Below, piece after piece: positions 37,642 through 48,333 of a DNA stretch of 64,000 nucleotides. Positions within the stretch are counted from its first letter, which is position 1. Every line of letters begins with the position of its first letter. Location: NCBI GenBank assembly GCA_964535575.1, contig CAZHTC010000001.1:657965-721964 (forward strand). Direction: 5' to 3'. The DNA comes from an uncultured Bifidobacteriaceae bacterium (GTDB lineage Bacteria > Bacteroidota > Bacteroidia > UKL13-3). A program made the translations under genes and the position numbers. The notes below the pieces were generated by a model. That model made no database searches, had not been told where the DNA came from, and worked only from the letters and a program-made list of their open reading frames with translations.

Positions 37642-40080
37642 ATGAAACAAATTGCTTTTGTAATGCTCGCCCTTGTATGTGGCAGCAGTTATGCCCAGAC
37701 ACTTACCACCAATGCCTGCTATGTGCGCGACCCCAATGCCAGCCCGCGCGAGCACAATATTGATATTGAACGCCAAAAATTAGAAGTGGCCTTTGAGCCT
37801 TCTGCCGGATTGGTAAAAGGAAAAGTAACACACAGTTTTACCGTTATACAGCAACGGGTGGATTCGGTTTTTTTTGATGGACCCGGCATTCGTATAAAAG
37901 AATCAACCCTCGATTCCAAACCCCTGCGTTTTAAAACCGTAGAAGATGGTATATGGGTATATCCCGAAACCTCCCTGCGATGGGACGAAAAACATTTTAT
38001 CACTTTTGTGTATGAATGTAATCCGCGCAAAGGAATTTATTTCATTGGCTGGTTTGATGAAAAAAGCGATAAAGGCGATGCCTTTAACCGCGTACGGAAT
38101 CAGATCTGGACCCAGGGACAGGGCATTGATAACCGCAACTGGATTCCAAGTTATGATACCCCCAATGATAAGTTGCTTACCGAAGTGCTGGTAACCTTTG
38201 ATGCCGCCTATCAGGTGCTGAGCAATGGTACCAAACTGGAAGTAAAGGATAATAAAAACGGAACTAAAACCTGGCATTACAGCATGACCCGCCCTCATGC
38301 CAGTTACCTGCTAATGCTGGGCATTGGTAAGTATGCAGTTAAAAGTACCCAAAGCAGCCAAAGTAAAACACCTGTATATTTTTGGTATTACCCCGAGTTT
38401 AAAGAGAAAGTAGAACCCACCTCGATGCTCACCGAGCAAATGGTGGACTTTATGGAAGGTGAAACGGGAATGAAATACCCCTGGGAAAGTTATTCGCAAA
38501 TAATGGTACAGGATTTTTTATACGGTGCCATGGAAAACACCACCGCCACTATTTTCGGAGACTTTTTTGGTGTTGACCAGCGCCAGTTTATTGATAAAAA
38601 CTATCTTGGGGTAAATTGCCACGAGTTCGTGCATCAGTGGTTTGGAGATTTTATCACTGCACGCACACCTAACGACACCTGGCTACAGGAAAGTTATGCC
38701 ACGTATTATCCTAAAAAATTCTTCCGTAAACTATACGGGGAAGAATACTACGAGTGGCAAAAACGCGGAGAACAAAATGCCGCCCTCGATGCATCTAAGA
38801 AAGATCGTTTGGCTGTAGCTTATTCCGGAAGCGGAACCGCCCGGGTATATCCCAAGGGGTCGTTTGTAATAGGCATGTTGAATTATGTAATTGGTGAAGA
38901 ACAGTACAAACGCGGACTGAACCACTACCTCACCACACATGCTTACGGAAATGTTCAAACCAATGATTTGATGATGGCTTTCCACGATAAACTGGGTATT
39001 ACCCTCGACTGGTTTTTTGATGAATGGCTGTACCGTGGCGGAGAGCCGCATTACGAAGTAAATTACCTTGATGTAAAGGGAAGCAAACGTTTTACGCAGA
39101 TAATAGTAAAACAAATGCAGCAGGTTGATGATGTGGTGGGTTATTTTAAAATGCCGGTAGTGTTTGAAATAAACTATACCGATGGAAGCAAACAAAGCGT
39201 AAAAGAATGGGTGCAGGGCTACAGCACCACAGTGAATATTCCTAACGAAAACGGAAAAGAAATTGCGTTTGTGTTGTTTGATCCGGGCAATGAAATCATG
39301 CGCCAGCTTACTTTCAAAAAATCGTTTGAAGAGCTGAAGGCACAGGTAATCAAAGCAAGTCATATGATTGACCGTTATGATGCTCTGGTGGCGTTAAAAG
39401 AATTTCCGCTCGATAAAAAACGGACACTGCTTTCGGACGTGTACAACAGGGAAACATTTCATGCCATGCGCAGTGAGGTATTGAATCAGCTGGCCAAAGA
39501 CCGTGACGGGGAAAGTAAACCGGTTTTTGTAAAAGCTTTTTCTGATAAAGATGTAAATGTGCGCCAATCGGCTATTGCCCATACCGAGGCCGAAGGAGAT
39601 TGGATAGTTTACTTTGAAAAAGCCCTCAGCGACTCTTCGTATAATGTGACAAAAGCGGCTTTAACCAAACTGGGCGACCAGCAACCGGCACAGCTGACCA
39701 AATGGCTTCAACTCACTGATAATTTGTACGGACATAGTCATGACCTGCGCATTAAATGGCTGGAGCTAGCCTGCCGCACCGACAAGGCAAAATACATTGA
39801 TGAGCTTATTGGCTACAGCAGCCGCCTGTTTGAATTCAGAACACGCAACAATGCTTTTGCCGCCTTAAAATCACTCAATCATTTTGATGAGAAAGTAGCT
39901 GCCAATTTATTACAGGCCGCCATGAGTCCCAACGGAAGACTTAAGGGCCCCGCTGTGGAAACGCTTCAGTATTTTATGCAGCAATATGCCTACCTTGCTC
40001 AAGTAAAAGCGTATTATAAAAAAGCAGGGTTTACTGCCGAACAAAAAGAGCTTTTAACAAAAACAGGACTTAACCTTTAA
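37642..40080 (+). CDS. M1-family zinc aminopeptidase with C-terminal HEAT-like repeats
   Basis: Signal peptide, exopeptidase motif YGAMENT, and zincin HEFVHQWFGD followed by WLQESYATY. Confidence 0.85.
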   Translation: MKQIAFVMLALVCGSSYAQTLTTNACYVRDPNASPREHNIDIERQKLEVAFEPSAGLVKGKVTHSFTVIQQRVDSVFFDGPGIRIKESTLDSKPLRFKTVEDGIWVYPETSLRWDEKHFITFVYECNPRKGIYFIGWFDEKSDKGDAFNRVRNQIWTQGQGIDNRNWIPSYDTPNDKLLTEVLVTFDAAYQVLSNGTKLEVKDNKNGTKTWHYSMTRPHASYLLMLGIGKYAVKSTQSSQSKTPVYFWYYPEFKEKVEPTSMLTEQMVDFMEGETGMKYPWESYSQIMVQDFLYGAMENTTATIFGDFFGVDQRQFIDKNYLGVNCHEFVHQWFGDFITARTPNDTWLQESYATYYPKKFFRKLYGEEYYEWQKRGEQNAALDASKKDRLAVAYSGSGTARVYPKGSFVIGMLNYVIGEEQYKRGLNHYLTTHAYGNVQTNDLMMAFHDKLGITLDWFFDEWLYRGGEPHYEVNYLDVKGSKRFTQIIVKQMQQVDDVVGYFKMPVVFEINYTDGSKQSVKEWVQGYSTTVNIPNENGKEIAFVLFDPGNEIMRQLTFKKSFEELKAQVIKASHMIDRYDALVALKEFPLDKKRTLLSDVYNRETFHAMRSEVLNQLAKDRDGESKPVFVKAFSDKDVNVRQSAIAHTEAEGDWIVYFEKALSDSSYNVTKAALTKLGDQQPAQLTKWLQLTDNLYGHSHDLRIKWLELACRTDKAKYIDELIGYSSRLFEFRTRNNAFAALKSLNHFDEKVAANLLQAAMSPNGRLKGPAVETLQYFMQQYAYLAQVKAYYKKAGFTAEQKELLTKTGLNL

Positions 40081-40092
40081 ATTTACTTTTAC

Positions 40093-40776
40093 ATGAAAAA
40101 AGCATTCTTATTCTTTTTTTCACTTACCCTTGTGTTAACGGCAAGTGCGCAAAAAAAATATAAAACAACCGGTTGGGAAATCATTAATTCCTTTGCCTCC
40201 TTTACCGACACTTCAGCTGCCACCACTCCGCAGATTAAGTTGCGGTTTTCGGCCTTTTTGCATTTTGATACCCGCTATCATTTTGATTTTGGAAAACACA
40301 CCGGTATGTACACCGGATATGCCGTACGCAATGTGGGCTTTTCGGTTAAATACAACGATACCCTTTCTAAAAAATTCAGGGTGTACACTCTTGGAATTCC
40401 GGTTGCATTCAAAATAGGAAACATGGAAAGCCGCAAGTTCTTTTTTGCGGGAGCTGAGGCCGAAGTGGCATTAAACTATAAAGAAAAAACTTTTATAGAT
40501 AAGGATAAGAAAAAATTCAATGAATGGTTCAGCAGCCGCACCCAGTTGTTTATGCCCTCGGTTTTTGCCGGAGTGCAGCTGAATAAGGGGTTTAATCTCA
40601 TTGCCAAATATTACCTCACGGGCTTTTTTAATAAAGATTTTAAATACAAAGGGGTAAACCCTTATGGGGCAATTGATGCACAGCTGTTTTATATTGCCCT
40701 CTCTTACAACACCAAAGCAAAAAAGGGTGCCCTGAAAAAACGTGCTGAAAAAACACCTACCGTCACCCGTTTATAA
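40093..40776 (+). CDS. Hypothetical outer-membrane beta-barrel-like protein
   Basis: Signal peptide MKKAFLFFFSLTLVLTASAQ and alternating aromatic/Gly beta-strand pattern. Confidence 0.5.
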   Translation: MKKAFLFFFSLTLVLTASAQKKYKTTGWEIINSFASFTDTSAATTPQIKLRFSAFLHFDTRYHFDFGKHTGMYTGYAVRNVGFSVKYNDTLSKKFRVYTLGIPVAFKIGNMESRKFFFAGAEAEVALNYKEKTFIDKDKKKFNEWFSSRTQLFMPSVFAGVQLNKGFNLIAKYYLTGFFNKDFKYKGVNPYGAIDAQLFYIALSYNTKAKKGALKKRAEKTPTVTRL

Positions 40777-40825
40777 TTAAAACAGTTCCCCTGTATTTAA
40801 TCCTGTGATATTTAACTGAAACCTG

Positions 40826-40833
40826 TATTTTTG
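40826..40833 (+). promoter_or_regulatory. Candidate Bacteroidota -7 promoter box upstream of metK
   Basis: TATTTTTG matches the TAnnTTTG consensus and lies 25 nt upstream of the metK ATG. No clear -33 TTG partner was seen. Confidence 0.3.
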
Positions 40834-40857
40834 CCCCTTTAAAAAAAGGAATAACAC

Positions 40858-42111
40858 ATGCCATATTTATTTACCTCAGAGTCCGTAAGTGAAGGACACC
40901 CGGACAAAGTAGCTGATCAGATTTCTGACGCCTTAATTGATAATTTTCTGGCTTTCGACCCTAACTCAAAGGTAGCCTGCGAAACTTTGGTAACTACCGG
41001 ACAGGTAGTATTGGCCGGAGAAGTAAAATCAAAAGCTTATTTAGATGTGCAAAGCATTGCCCGCGAAGTAATCAAAAAAATAGGGTACACCAAAAGCGAG
41101 TACATGTTCGAAGCCAACTCGTGCGGAGTACTTTCCGCAATTCACGAGCAATCGGCCGATATCAATCAGGGTGTTGACCGTAAGAAAAAACAGGATCAGG
41201 GAGCCGGAGATCAGGGAATGATGTTTGGCTATGCCAGCAACGAAACCGAAGACTATATGCCATTGGCACTCGACCTTGCTCATAAAGTATTGATTGAACT
41301 GGCTGCCTTACGCAGAGAGAATAAAGCGATAAAATACCTCCGCCCCGATGCCAAATCGCAGGTTACTTTAGAATACAATGATAAAAACGAGCCTATCCGC
41401 ATTGATTCAATTGTAGTATCAACTCAGCATGATGATTTTGATGCCGAAGGAAAGATGCTTGCCAAAATTAAAGAGGATATCATCAATATTCTTATTCCGC
41501 GCGTAAAGAGCAAATACAAAAAATACGCAAAACTGTTTAACAGCAATATCAAATATCATATCAACCCAACCGGCAAATTTGTTATTGGCGGACCGCATGG
41601 CGATACCGGTTTAACGGGTCGTAAAATTATTGTTGATACCTACGGAGGAAAAGGCGCTCACGGTGGCGGTGCTTTCTCAGGAAAAGATCCAAGCAAGGTT
41701 GACCGCTCGGCCGCCTATGCCACCCGCCATATTGCCAAAAATCTGGTGGCAGCAGGTGTGTGCAGCGAAGTACTGGTGCAGGTATCGTATGCCATTGGGG
41801 TAAAAGACCCGATGGGTATTTATGTAAACACCAACGGAACTGCTAAAGTGAAAATGAGTGATGGAGAGATTGCCCAAAAAGTTTCTAAAGTTTTTGACAT
41901 GACTCCTTACGGTATTGAAACCAGGTTAAAATTGCGCAATCCCATTTACAGCGAAACTGCTGCGTACGGACATATGGGTCGCAAAAATGAAACAGTTACC
42001 AAAACATTTACCAGCCCCGAAGGGAAAAAAATAACCAAAAAAGTGGAGCTTTTTACCTGGGAAAAATTAGACTACGTAGATAAAATTAAAAAAGAATTTA
42101 AGCTTAAATAA
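40858..42111 (+). CDS. metK: S-adenosylmethionine synthetase
   Basis: [44 protein letters not shown]. Confidence 0.95.
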   Translation: MPYLFTSESVSEGHPDKVADQISDALIDNFLAFDPNSKVACETLVTTGQVVLAGEVKSKAYLDVQSIAREVIKKIGYTKSEYMFEANSCGVLSAIHEQSADINQGVDRKKKQDQGAGDQGMMFGYASNETEDYMPLALDLAHKVLIELAALRRENKAIKYLRPDAKSQVTLEYNDKNEPIRIDSIVVSTQHDDFDAEGKMLAKIKEDIINILIPRVKSKYKKYAKLFNSNIKYHINPTGKFVIGGPHGDTGLTGRKIIVDTYGGKGAHGGGAFSGKDPSKVDRSAAYATRHIAKNLVAAGVCSEVLVQVSYAIGVKDPMGIYVNTNGTAKVKMSDGEIAQKVSKVFDMTPYGIETRLKLRNPIYSETAAYGHMGRKNETVTKTFTSPEGKKITKKVELFTWEKLDYVDKIKKEFKLK

Positions 42112-42122
42112 GCCTTTTCCAG

Positions 42123-42157
42123 AGAGCGCTTCCGTTTTTGGAGCGCTCTTTGTTTTT
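42123..42157 (+). terminator. Rho-independent terminator of metK
   Basis: Stem agagcgct (42123-42130) / agcgctct (42142-42149), followed by TTGTTTTT. Confidence 0.7.
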
Positions 42158-42184
42158 AAAGCCGGTTAGTTAAAACAAACTGCC

Positions 42185-42571
42185 ATGAAAAAAATTATAC
42201 TTGCATTAGCCGCTCCGTTCCTGTTTATGGTTTCATCGTGTGATGACGATACCATTACCCCTTCAAACAATAACAACAACAATACCTATTCGTATATAGG
42301 TTACCTCAACGTAAAAGTGTTGGATCCAAGTCACAATGTGATGTCGGGCACGGCAGTGTATGTGTACCGCACCTACGAGGATTTAAAAAACAATTATGCG
42401 TTAATGACTAAGGTTACCGGCTCTGACGGAAAAGCTAAATTCGGGCAGATACTGGAGGGAAATTATTATGTGCGTACCGGAGATGTTATTTTCAGCACCT
42501 GGTATGCCGATACCGGAGTGGTTCAGATTATAAGCGGAAACACCACCGACCGCGATATGATTTTACATTAA
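42185..42571 (+). CDS. Hypothetical lipoprotein
   Basis: Lipobox-like FMVSSC, a poly-Asn linker, and a small beta-rich domain (GTAVYVYRT...GKAKF..GNYYV) reminiscent of carboxypeptidase-regulatory-like folds. Confidence 0.5.
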   Translation: MKKIILALAAPFLFMVSSCDDDTITPSNNNNNNTYSYIGYLNVKVLDPSHNVMSGTAVYVYRTYEDLKNNYALMTKVTGSDGKAKFGQILEGNYYVRTGDVIFSTWYADTGVVQIISGNTTDRDMILH

Positions 42572-43425
42572 CCCTTCCGTTCTCTGAGGCGTTGCTTATC
42601 TACCCGCTGAGCAATAAGAATACTTAACTCAAATAGGGCATACAGCGGAACCGTCATTAAAATCATGCTGGTGGCATCGGGCGGAGTAACCACAGCCGAA
42701 ATAATCAAAATAACCAAAATAGCCTGCCTGCGGTATTTTTTCATGAACCCCGCACTCATTATACCCAGTTTAGCCAGAAAGAAAGCCACTACAGGCAATT
42801 CAAACACAGCCCCGGTAGCTAAGGTGAGTGTAGCAACAAAATCAATATACGACTCCAGATTAATCTCATTTGTTACCTGATCGCTTACCCGGTAGGTGCC
42901 TAAGAAACTAAGCGAAACCGGTGTGAGAAAATAATACCCAAACAACACTCCGAGAAAAAACAACAGGGTACAAAAGAATACAACCCCGCGCACCTTTTTT
43001 TGTTCGCTCTTTTTTAAAGCCGGTTTAATAAAACGCCAAACTTCCCACAGGACAAACGGAGCGGCCAAAATTAATCCTGCCACAAAAGCCACATAGAGGT
43101 GCTGGGTAAATTGCCCCGACATGCTGATATTGCTTACCACAAATCCAATATCGGTAATGCACAAATCGGGAGAATCCATCATTTTTGCCAGTTTGCAAAA
43201 GAATTGGTACGTCCAGAAATCGGGTTGCTTGGGCCCGAAGATGAGGGTATCGAACAAAAAACTTTTTTGAATAAAGGCCACAATGGTGCCAAGCAAAATG
43301 GCTACCACCGCCCGAAACAAATGTTTGCGCAAATCGTCCACATGATCCAGGAAACTCATTTCCTTGGCATCGTACGATTCATTTAGTTCTCCCTGATCGA
43401 GTGGCATATTTTTTAAAGTGGGCAA
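42568..43425 (-). CDS. tatC: Twin-arginine translocase subunit TatC
   Basis: SFLDHVDDLRKHLFR at the N-terminus and six TM segments with TatC-like spacing. Confidence 0.9.
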   Translation of the reverse strand: MPTLKNMPLDQGELNESYDAKEMSFLDHVDDLRKHLFRAVVAILLGTIVAFIQKSFLFDTLIFGPKQPDFWTYQFFCKLAKMMDSPDLCITDIGFVVSNISMSGQFTQHLYVAFVAGLILAAPFVLWEVWRFIKPALKKSEQKKVRGVVFFCTLLFFLGVLFGYYFLTPVSLSFLGTYRVSDQVTNEINLESYIDFVATLTLATGAVFELPVVAFFLAKLGIMSAGFMKKYRRQAILVILIISAVVTPPDATSMILMTVPLYALFELSILIAQRVDKQRLRERKG

Positions 43426-43466
43426 AGATAAGGAAAGCCTTAAAGATAGTAGGGCTGGTTTTTACA

Positions 43467-44840
43467 CTAATTTTTTATGGCCGTTCCCTCCAGACTAATA
43501 TTTTCATCACCCGGCTTATAAGGCAGGTAGGTTACAATAAACTGAAACATTTCATCGGTGGTACGCATGCTTCCATCCCGTTCGCGCACAATGCGCGGGG
43601 GTGAAAACGGATTGCGCGGATTATTCTTTGTATTATCAAACACGCCTTCCACGTAAATGGTGGTTCCTGCCGGCAGGTGAAGCATTTTGGGATAAGTATA
43701 AAAATACTGCCAGCGAAAATCCCACTGGTTAATACGTATCAGCCTGATGGTATCGCCCGATGGCTTGATGGCATAGGCCCAAAACGATTTTCCCAGCAGG
43801 TGCATATGCGGGTTTACGGTGAGTATGGAAATATCTTTATCCAGCGTAAGTTGTGTGCGGTAAGTTTTAACCACATCAGGCGGAATAACCAACGGTGGCT
43901 CTACAGGCGATACGCCCAGTGTGCCCATTTGAAACTCCTGCAGCGGGCGCTGAGGAGGAGCAGGTGCAAAAAATACATTAAAATGCGAACGGTCGGAATC
44001 GTTTACAGGCGAAGGACCATAATGTACATCGTTCAGGTAAAAGGCCGATTTTTTGGCAAGCTTCCACCCTCCTATTCCTTCGGGGTAAAGCACGGGCTCC
44101 ACACCCGGAAGGTAATTAGAAACCGAAGGCGTCATGAGCGGATACGTTTCATCGTCATTGAGCAAATCCAGTTTGCGGTGTATGATGCGGCTGTCAAATG
44201 CTTCGGTATTCACGGCCATTTCCCCGCCAAAAATATTTTTCTTCCGGTTAAAATCGTAGGTTATCAGGTGTCCGTTCATATGGTGCAGCAACCTGCGGTT
44301 GTCGGGCACAAATTCAACAAACCGCACAAACGTATCTTGGGGAATTTCGAACGGAATTTTCATCACCCTGAAATGGTCGGTATTGTTGCCTTCAATAATC
44401 ATAGGACGGGGCATTTTCACAACCAAATCGGGTTTGCCAAACAACGAACCCGAAGGAAAATCGGGGATGGGTGGTGTTTCGGAAAGGTCACCGCTTTTGG
44501 CACCGTTATCAGCCCAGTCGGCAATTAGTTTTATTTCTTCATCGGTTAGTTTTCGTTCGCCTGTAAAATGTACATAGCCGGCATCGGCAGGCCAGGGTGG
44601 CATATACCGCGTGCCGGTAACCAATTTGATCATTTGTGCGCGCTTCGCCACATCGGTATAGGTTACCAACGGAAAAGGGCCTGCTTGTCCTGACCTATGG
44701 CAGGGGGTACAGTTTTTAAAAATAACCGGGGCAATATGTCCGGCAAAGGTTACCTCATCGGGTGCGGGAGTCTTTGAACTGTTACATGAAAACATGACGC
44801 CCGCCACAAATAAACGAAACAAAGAAAACCAACGCCTCAT
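43467..44840 (-). CDS. Secreted protein: c-type haem motif (CxxCH) fused to a PHM/DBH-like copper monooxygenase-like domain
   Basis: The ATG at 44840 gives the signal MRRWFSLFRLFVAGVMFSC. Motifs NCTPCHR, LLHHMNGH and NPHMHLLGK, with a downstream Met (GSMRTTDEM). The listed ORF extends to 44963. Confidence 0.55.
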   Translation of the reverse strand: MRRWFSLFRLFVAGVMFSCNSSKTPAPDEVTFAGHIAPVIFKNCTPCHRSGQAGPFPLVTYTDVAKRAQMIKLVTGTRYMPPWPADAGYVHFTGERKLTDEEIKLIADWADNGAKSGDLSETPPIPDFPSGSLFGKPDLVVKMPRPMIIEGNNTDHFRVMKIPFEIPQDTFVRFVEFVPDNRRLLHHMNGHLITYDFNRKKNIFGGEMAVNTEAFDSRIIHRKLDLLNDDETYPLMTPSVSNYLPGVEPVLYPEGIGGWKLAKKSAFYLNDVHYGPSPVNDSDRSHFNVFFAPAPPQRPLQEFQMGTLGVSPVEPPLVIPPDVVKTYRTQLTLDKDISILTVNPHMHLLGKSFWAYAIKPSGDTIRLIRINQWDFRWQYFYTYPKMLHLPAGTTIYVEGVFDNTKNNPRNPFSPPRIVRERDGSMRTTDEMFQFIVTYLPYKPGDENISLEGTAIKN

Positions 44841-45057
44841 GCAACAAATATAAATATTAAACGGATTGCTGCATGAATACAATATATAACGAAACAGCAC
44901 TAACGCCCCGATGAATAAATTACCCTTTAGGTAAAGACAATCCTCTACACAAATAAAACTCATACACCCCCCGGGTTAGCATATTCCAATTTGGAATATC
45001 GCTTGTTTTATTCAAAAAAAACGCTTTACCTTTGGTAATCATTAACTACTGTATATT

Positions 45058-45360
45058 ATGAAAACAATCATTCTCAACAATTGCCCTCCTCAATTAAGGA
45101 TTATTCTTATTAGCATTTTTATACTTTTTGCACCCAACCTAAAAGCACAATATGGCTATTTTGAACAGGGTTATGGTGGCTCAAAAGATGAAGAAGCAAA
45201 GGATTTATTGGGAAAAGAAGTTATCCGAACTACTGCTAATGGCCATGAAGGTGCAATTAATTTGCTGCACCTGCCTAACGGGTTGTATATTGCAACATAC
45301 ATTCTACAGGCGGGCAGCACAACTATATCAGGTACCCAAAAATTAATGATTTCAAAATAA
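45058..45360 (+). CDS. Small ORF: signal peptide plus partial T9SS type-A C-terminal domain only
   Basis: 100 aa. C-terminus LLGKEVI....INLLHLPNGLYIATYILQ......QKLMISK. The stop overlaps the next ATG (TAATG). Confidence 0.35.
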   Translation: MKTIILNNCPPQLRIILISIFILFAPNLKAQYGYFEQGYGGSKDEEAKDLLGKEVIRTTANGHEGAINLLHLPNGLYIATYILQAGSTTISGTQKLMISK

Positions 45361-46799
45361 TGAGTACCTCAATCACTAAGGTAAGGTATGCCCTTACCTG
45401 TATACTGTATATAGCAACAGCCACATCTCTTATTGCCCAAATAAAATATGTACCCGCTAAATATGGAGGTTATCGCACCCCTATTTATGGGTATCAGGAA
45501 AAAGACTCTACTTACCGCATTATTCATTCATCTCAAACAGGTACTCATTCATCACCTTTCGGTGGTATTTTTGAAATAAATCAGTTTGGCGAACAAACGG
45601 ATGAGTTGCTTACCGGAGGAACTTATGTTGCAGGTGCCTGTTACGATTACAAACGGGGTAAATTAATCATTTCCGACAACTCAAACGGAGGGTTATGGCA
45701 AAGCGATGCCGTAACCCATGTAGTGGATTGGGAAAAGCCCGGTACAACAGTGAGTAGTATTTCTATTTTGCCCGATGGGAGGATTGTTGGGTATCGCTCC
45801 CCTAACGGAGATATTTGGGTATTTGATACCTTGGGCAATAAAATAAAAGAAATTCCCAAACCGCCAGATTACCGCTATGACGGGAAGTTTTTACCTTATG
45901 GGCAAAACCAATTTGTAAACATTGGATATATGGGCGATGCTACAGATACCCTAAATGGACGATTTAGTGTTTTGATTTTGTTGGATAGCGCCCTAGATGT
46001 ATTGAAGAAGGTTTATTTGCCTCATATAAAAACAATGCGTGATTTTTTAGTAACCAATGATAATAAGATTTTAATAGCATCAACGGCAATAACAAAAACA
46101 GAATGGATAACAGAACTTTTTACAAAACAATGGGGTTATCATTTTTTAAGTTTGATTGATACGAATTCCAGTTTGCTATGGACTGATACCGTTAATTCTT
46201 GGTCTGATGGGCGACAGGTAATGAGCAACAAAGTTGCTCAATTAGCAGATGGAAATTTCCTTCATGTATGTGAAGGACCCAGTTCCAAATGGCTTTTATT
46301 TTTCAAGGTTACATCAACGGGAATAAAAATGGGGGAAGACTCATTAAATTACAATAAATTAAAGGCTATTGGGATAGGGAATCCCGTTTCGTACTGCATT
46401 CCTGTTTCCTTCGAGAGAACACTTGATAATGGGTATTACTTAGTATGGCGCAGCCCTTCATCTCCATTTACGTATACTTTTCAATCGGGCTGCTATGCAA
46501 TGAAATTCGACAGCCTTGGTAATTTTTGGTGGCCATGGAGTACAGGGGTAAAAAATGCAAATACAACAGATTGTAATATTTACCCAAACCCGACCCAAAC
46601 CCATTTAACTATAGAAACTGTGGCAAACTTACAAAGCATAAAATTATTTGATATACTGGGGCAGCAGATTCCAATAAGTTTCACACAATACTCAGTGGGT
46701 TACGAACTAGATTTACCTGTATTGGCAAACGGTGTTTATTTTTTAAAGTTGCAGGATGAAACAGGGAATTTAAGTACCAAGAAAGTGATGATTGAATAA
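45360..46799 (+). CDS. Secreted protein with T9SS type-A C-terminal sorting domain
   Basis: Signal-like N-terminus. C-terminus IYPNPTQTHLTIE....IKLFDILGQQI......LANGVYFLKLQ....STKKVMIE. Confidence 0.65.
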   Translation: MSTSITKVRYALTCILYIATATSLIAQIKYVPAKYGGYRTPIYGYQEKDSTYRIIHSSQTGTHSSPFGGIFEINQFGEQTDELLTGGTYVAGACYDYKRGKLIISDNSNGGLWQSDAVTHVVDWEKPGTTVSSISILPDGRIVGYRSPNGDIWVFDTLGNKIKEIPKPPDYRYDGKFLPYGQNQFVNIGYMGDATDTLNGRFSVLILLDSALDVLKKVYLPHIKTMRDFLVTNDNKILIASTAITKTEWITELFTKQWGYHFLSLIDTNSSLLWTDTVNSWSDGRQVMSNKVAQLADGNFLHVCEGPSSKWLLFFKVTSTGIKMGEDSLNYNKLKAIGIGNPVSYCIPVSFERTLDNGYYLVWRSPSSPFTYTFQSGCYAMKFDSLGNFWWPWSTGVKNANTTDCNIYPNPTQTHLTIETVANLQSIKLFDILGQQIPISFTQYSVGYELDLPVLANGVYFLKLQDETGNLSTKKVMIE

Positions 46800-46807
46800 C
46801 AAATAAA

Positions 46808-47422
46808 ATGAACTGGTTAATATATTTACTGTGTGCAGTGTTGGTGGTATCAACAATATCCTGCAACAAAGAAGAAGAATATACAGGTCATTGCGGTAAA
46901 CCTTTTACTTCCTATATAACATCTGCCGACCTGCTAAACCTTAAATACCACACAGGTTCCTTTTGGGTCTATATCGATTCGGTTACCAACACAACCGATA
47001 GTGTTTATGTAACAGCAAGCAGCAGTGGCTTTATACAGGATGTTTGCTATAACTCTTTTGAAAATTACTCATTCGGAACTACTTCTTATCCCTCAATGAA
47101 AGAAGAAAGTTATCTTTTAGTGAATGGAGGTTTGTTTAAAAACCCTTTCGGGGCAAACTATCACGGAACCCAGATTTACGATGACTATAAAACAGCCGTG
47201 TACCGCTCTAATTTTATTGCCATACCGTACGACTCGGTATTTATATTTGACCAATTCTACACAAAAGTGCTGAAGGTACAAGTTGACAAAGACCCAACGG
47301 AAAACAATGCTAAAAGTATTTATTATATTAACTCCGAACACGGCTTTTTACGACACGACATTTACACAGATACCGTTTTGGTGTCGCAAAAAATACTGAT
47401 GAGGGGAAAAATTGTGAGGTAG
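46808..47422 (+). CDS. Hypothetical lipoprotein
   Basis: Lipobox VVSTISC. No family recognised. Confidence 0.5.
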   Translation: MNWLIYLLCAVLVVSTISCNKEEEYTGHCGKPFTSYITSADLLNLKYHTGSFWVYIDSVTNTTDSVYVTASSSGFIQDVCYNSFENYSFGTTSYPSMKEESYLLVNGGLFKNPFGANYHGTQIYDDYKTAVYRSNFIAIPYDSVFIFDQFYTKVLKVQVDKDPTENNAKSIYYINSEHGFLRHDIYTDTVLVSQKILMRGKIVR

Positions 47423-47442
47423 CCGGAATCTTAAAAATCATC

Positions 47443-48333
47443 CTACACCTGCGATAAATAACCTGTAAGCCCTCCGGTGTGTATGAGCAAAATCCGCTCG
47501 CCCGGTTTCACTTGTTTTTCTCTGATCAAACGCAGGCAGGCGTGCAGCATTTTTCCGGTATATACCTGATCGAATAAAATACCTGTACCCGCTGCAGTGG
47601 TGCGAATCAAATCGAGCAACATGGGTGTGGTTTTGGCATAACCACCCATATGGTCATCGGTATGTAGTTGCCAGTTGTTTAATCCCGGGGCGAACTGATT
47701 TACCACATCAGCCAGAAATTCTCCCTGTTTTAACACCGCTACTCCGTGTACTTTTGTCTCCGCATATTTTTGCTCAAATCCTTTGGCTAATCCGCTCAGG
47801 GTACCACCGGTGCCACAAGCCACCACTACGTGATTAAAAAAATCATTTACCTCCTGTACTATCTCGGTACATCCTTCCACTGCCAGCTGATTGGTGCCGC
47901 CTTCGTTCAACACATAGGTATGGGTATCGCTGTGTATAGCTGCCAAATGTTCTTTATTGCGGTAATCTTCGCGCGATACAAACACCAGTTCCATACCAAA
48001 GGTGCGGCACAATCCAAGTACGGGATTATGACTTTTTTCGTCACCACGCACCAGGCCCTTGCTTTTAAATCCGCACATAGCCGCTGCGCAGGCCGTTGCC
48101 AGCAAATGATTGGAATAGGCTCCGCCAAAAGTGAGCAACGTGGTGCAATCTGTTGTTTCAGCTTCCAGCAGGTTGAATTTTAATTTTCGCCATTTGTTGC
48201 CCGATACAAACGGATGAATCAGGTCTTCGCGTTTTACAAAAATATCGATGCCGTTTTTTTGTGCCAGCGGTAAAATAAGTTTTTGCACCGGAGCAAAAAC
48301 GGAAGAAGAAAAAACCTGTTTAGCGTGGCTCAT
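47443..48333 (-). CDS. PLP-dependent ACC deaminase / D-cysteine desulfhydrase family enzyme
   Basis: VSGNKWRKL (PLP-lysine context), GGAYSNH, CGTGGTLSG. Confidence 0.8.
   Translation of the reverse strand: MSHAKQVFSSSVFAPVQKLILPLAQKNGIDIFVKREDLIHPFVSGNKWRKLKFNLLEAETTDCTTLLTFGGAYSNHLLATACAAAMCGFKSKGLVRGDEKSHNPVLGLCRTFGMELVFVSREDYRNKEHLAAIHSDTHTYVLNEGGTNQLAVEGCTEIVQEVNDFFNHVVVACGTGGTLSGLAKGFEQKYAETKVHGVAVLKQGEFLADVVNQFAPGLNNWQLHTDDHMGGYAKTTPMLLDLIRTTAAGTGILFDQVYTGKMLHACLRLIREKQVKPGERILLIHTGGLTGYLSQV

Noticed and set aside
40777-40857. A SAM riboswitch upstream of metK
   Set aside because: Only ~80 nt are available, I could not recognise any SAM-I/II/IV conserved core, and the region looks like a plain promoter plus a short leader.
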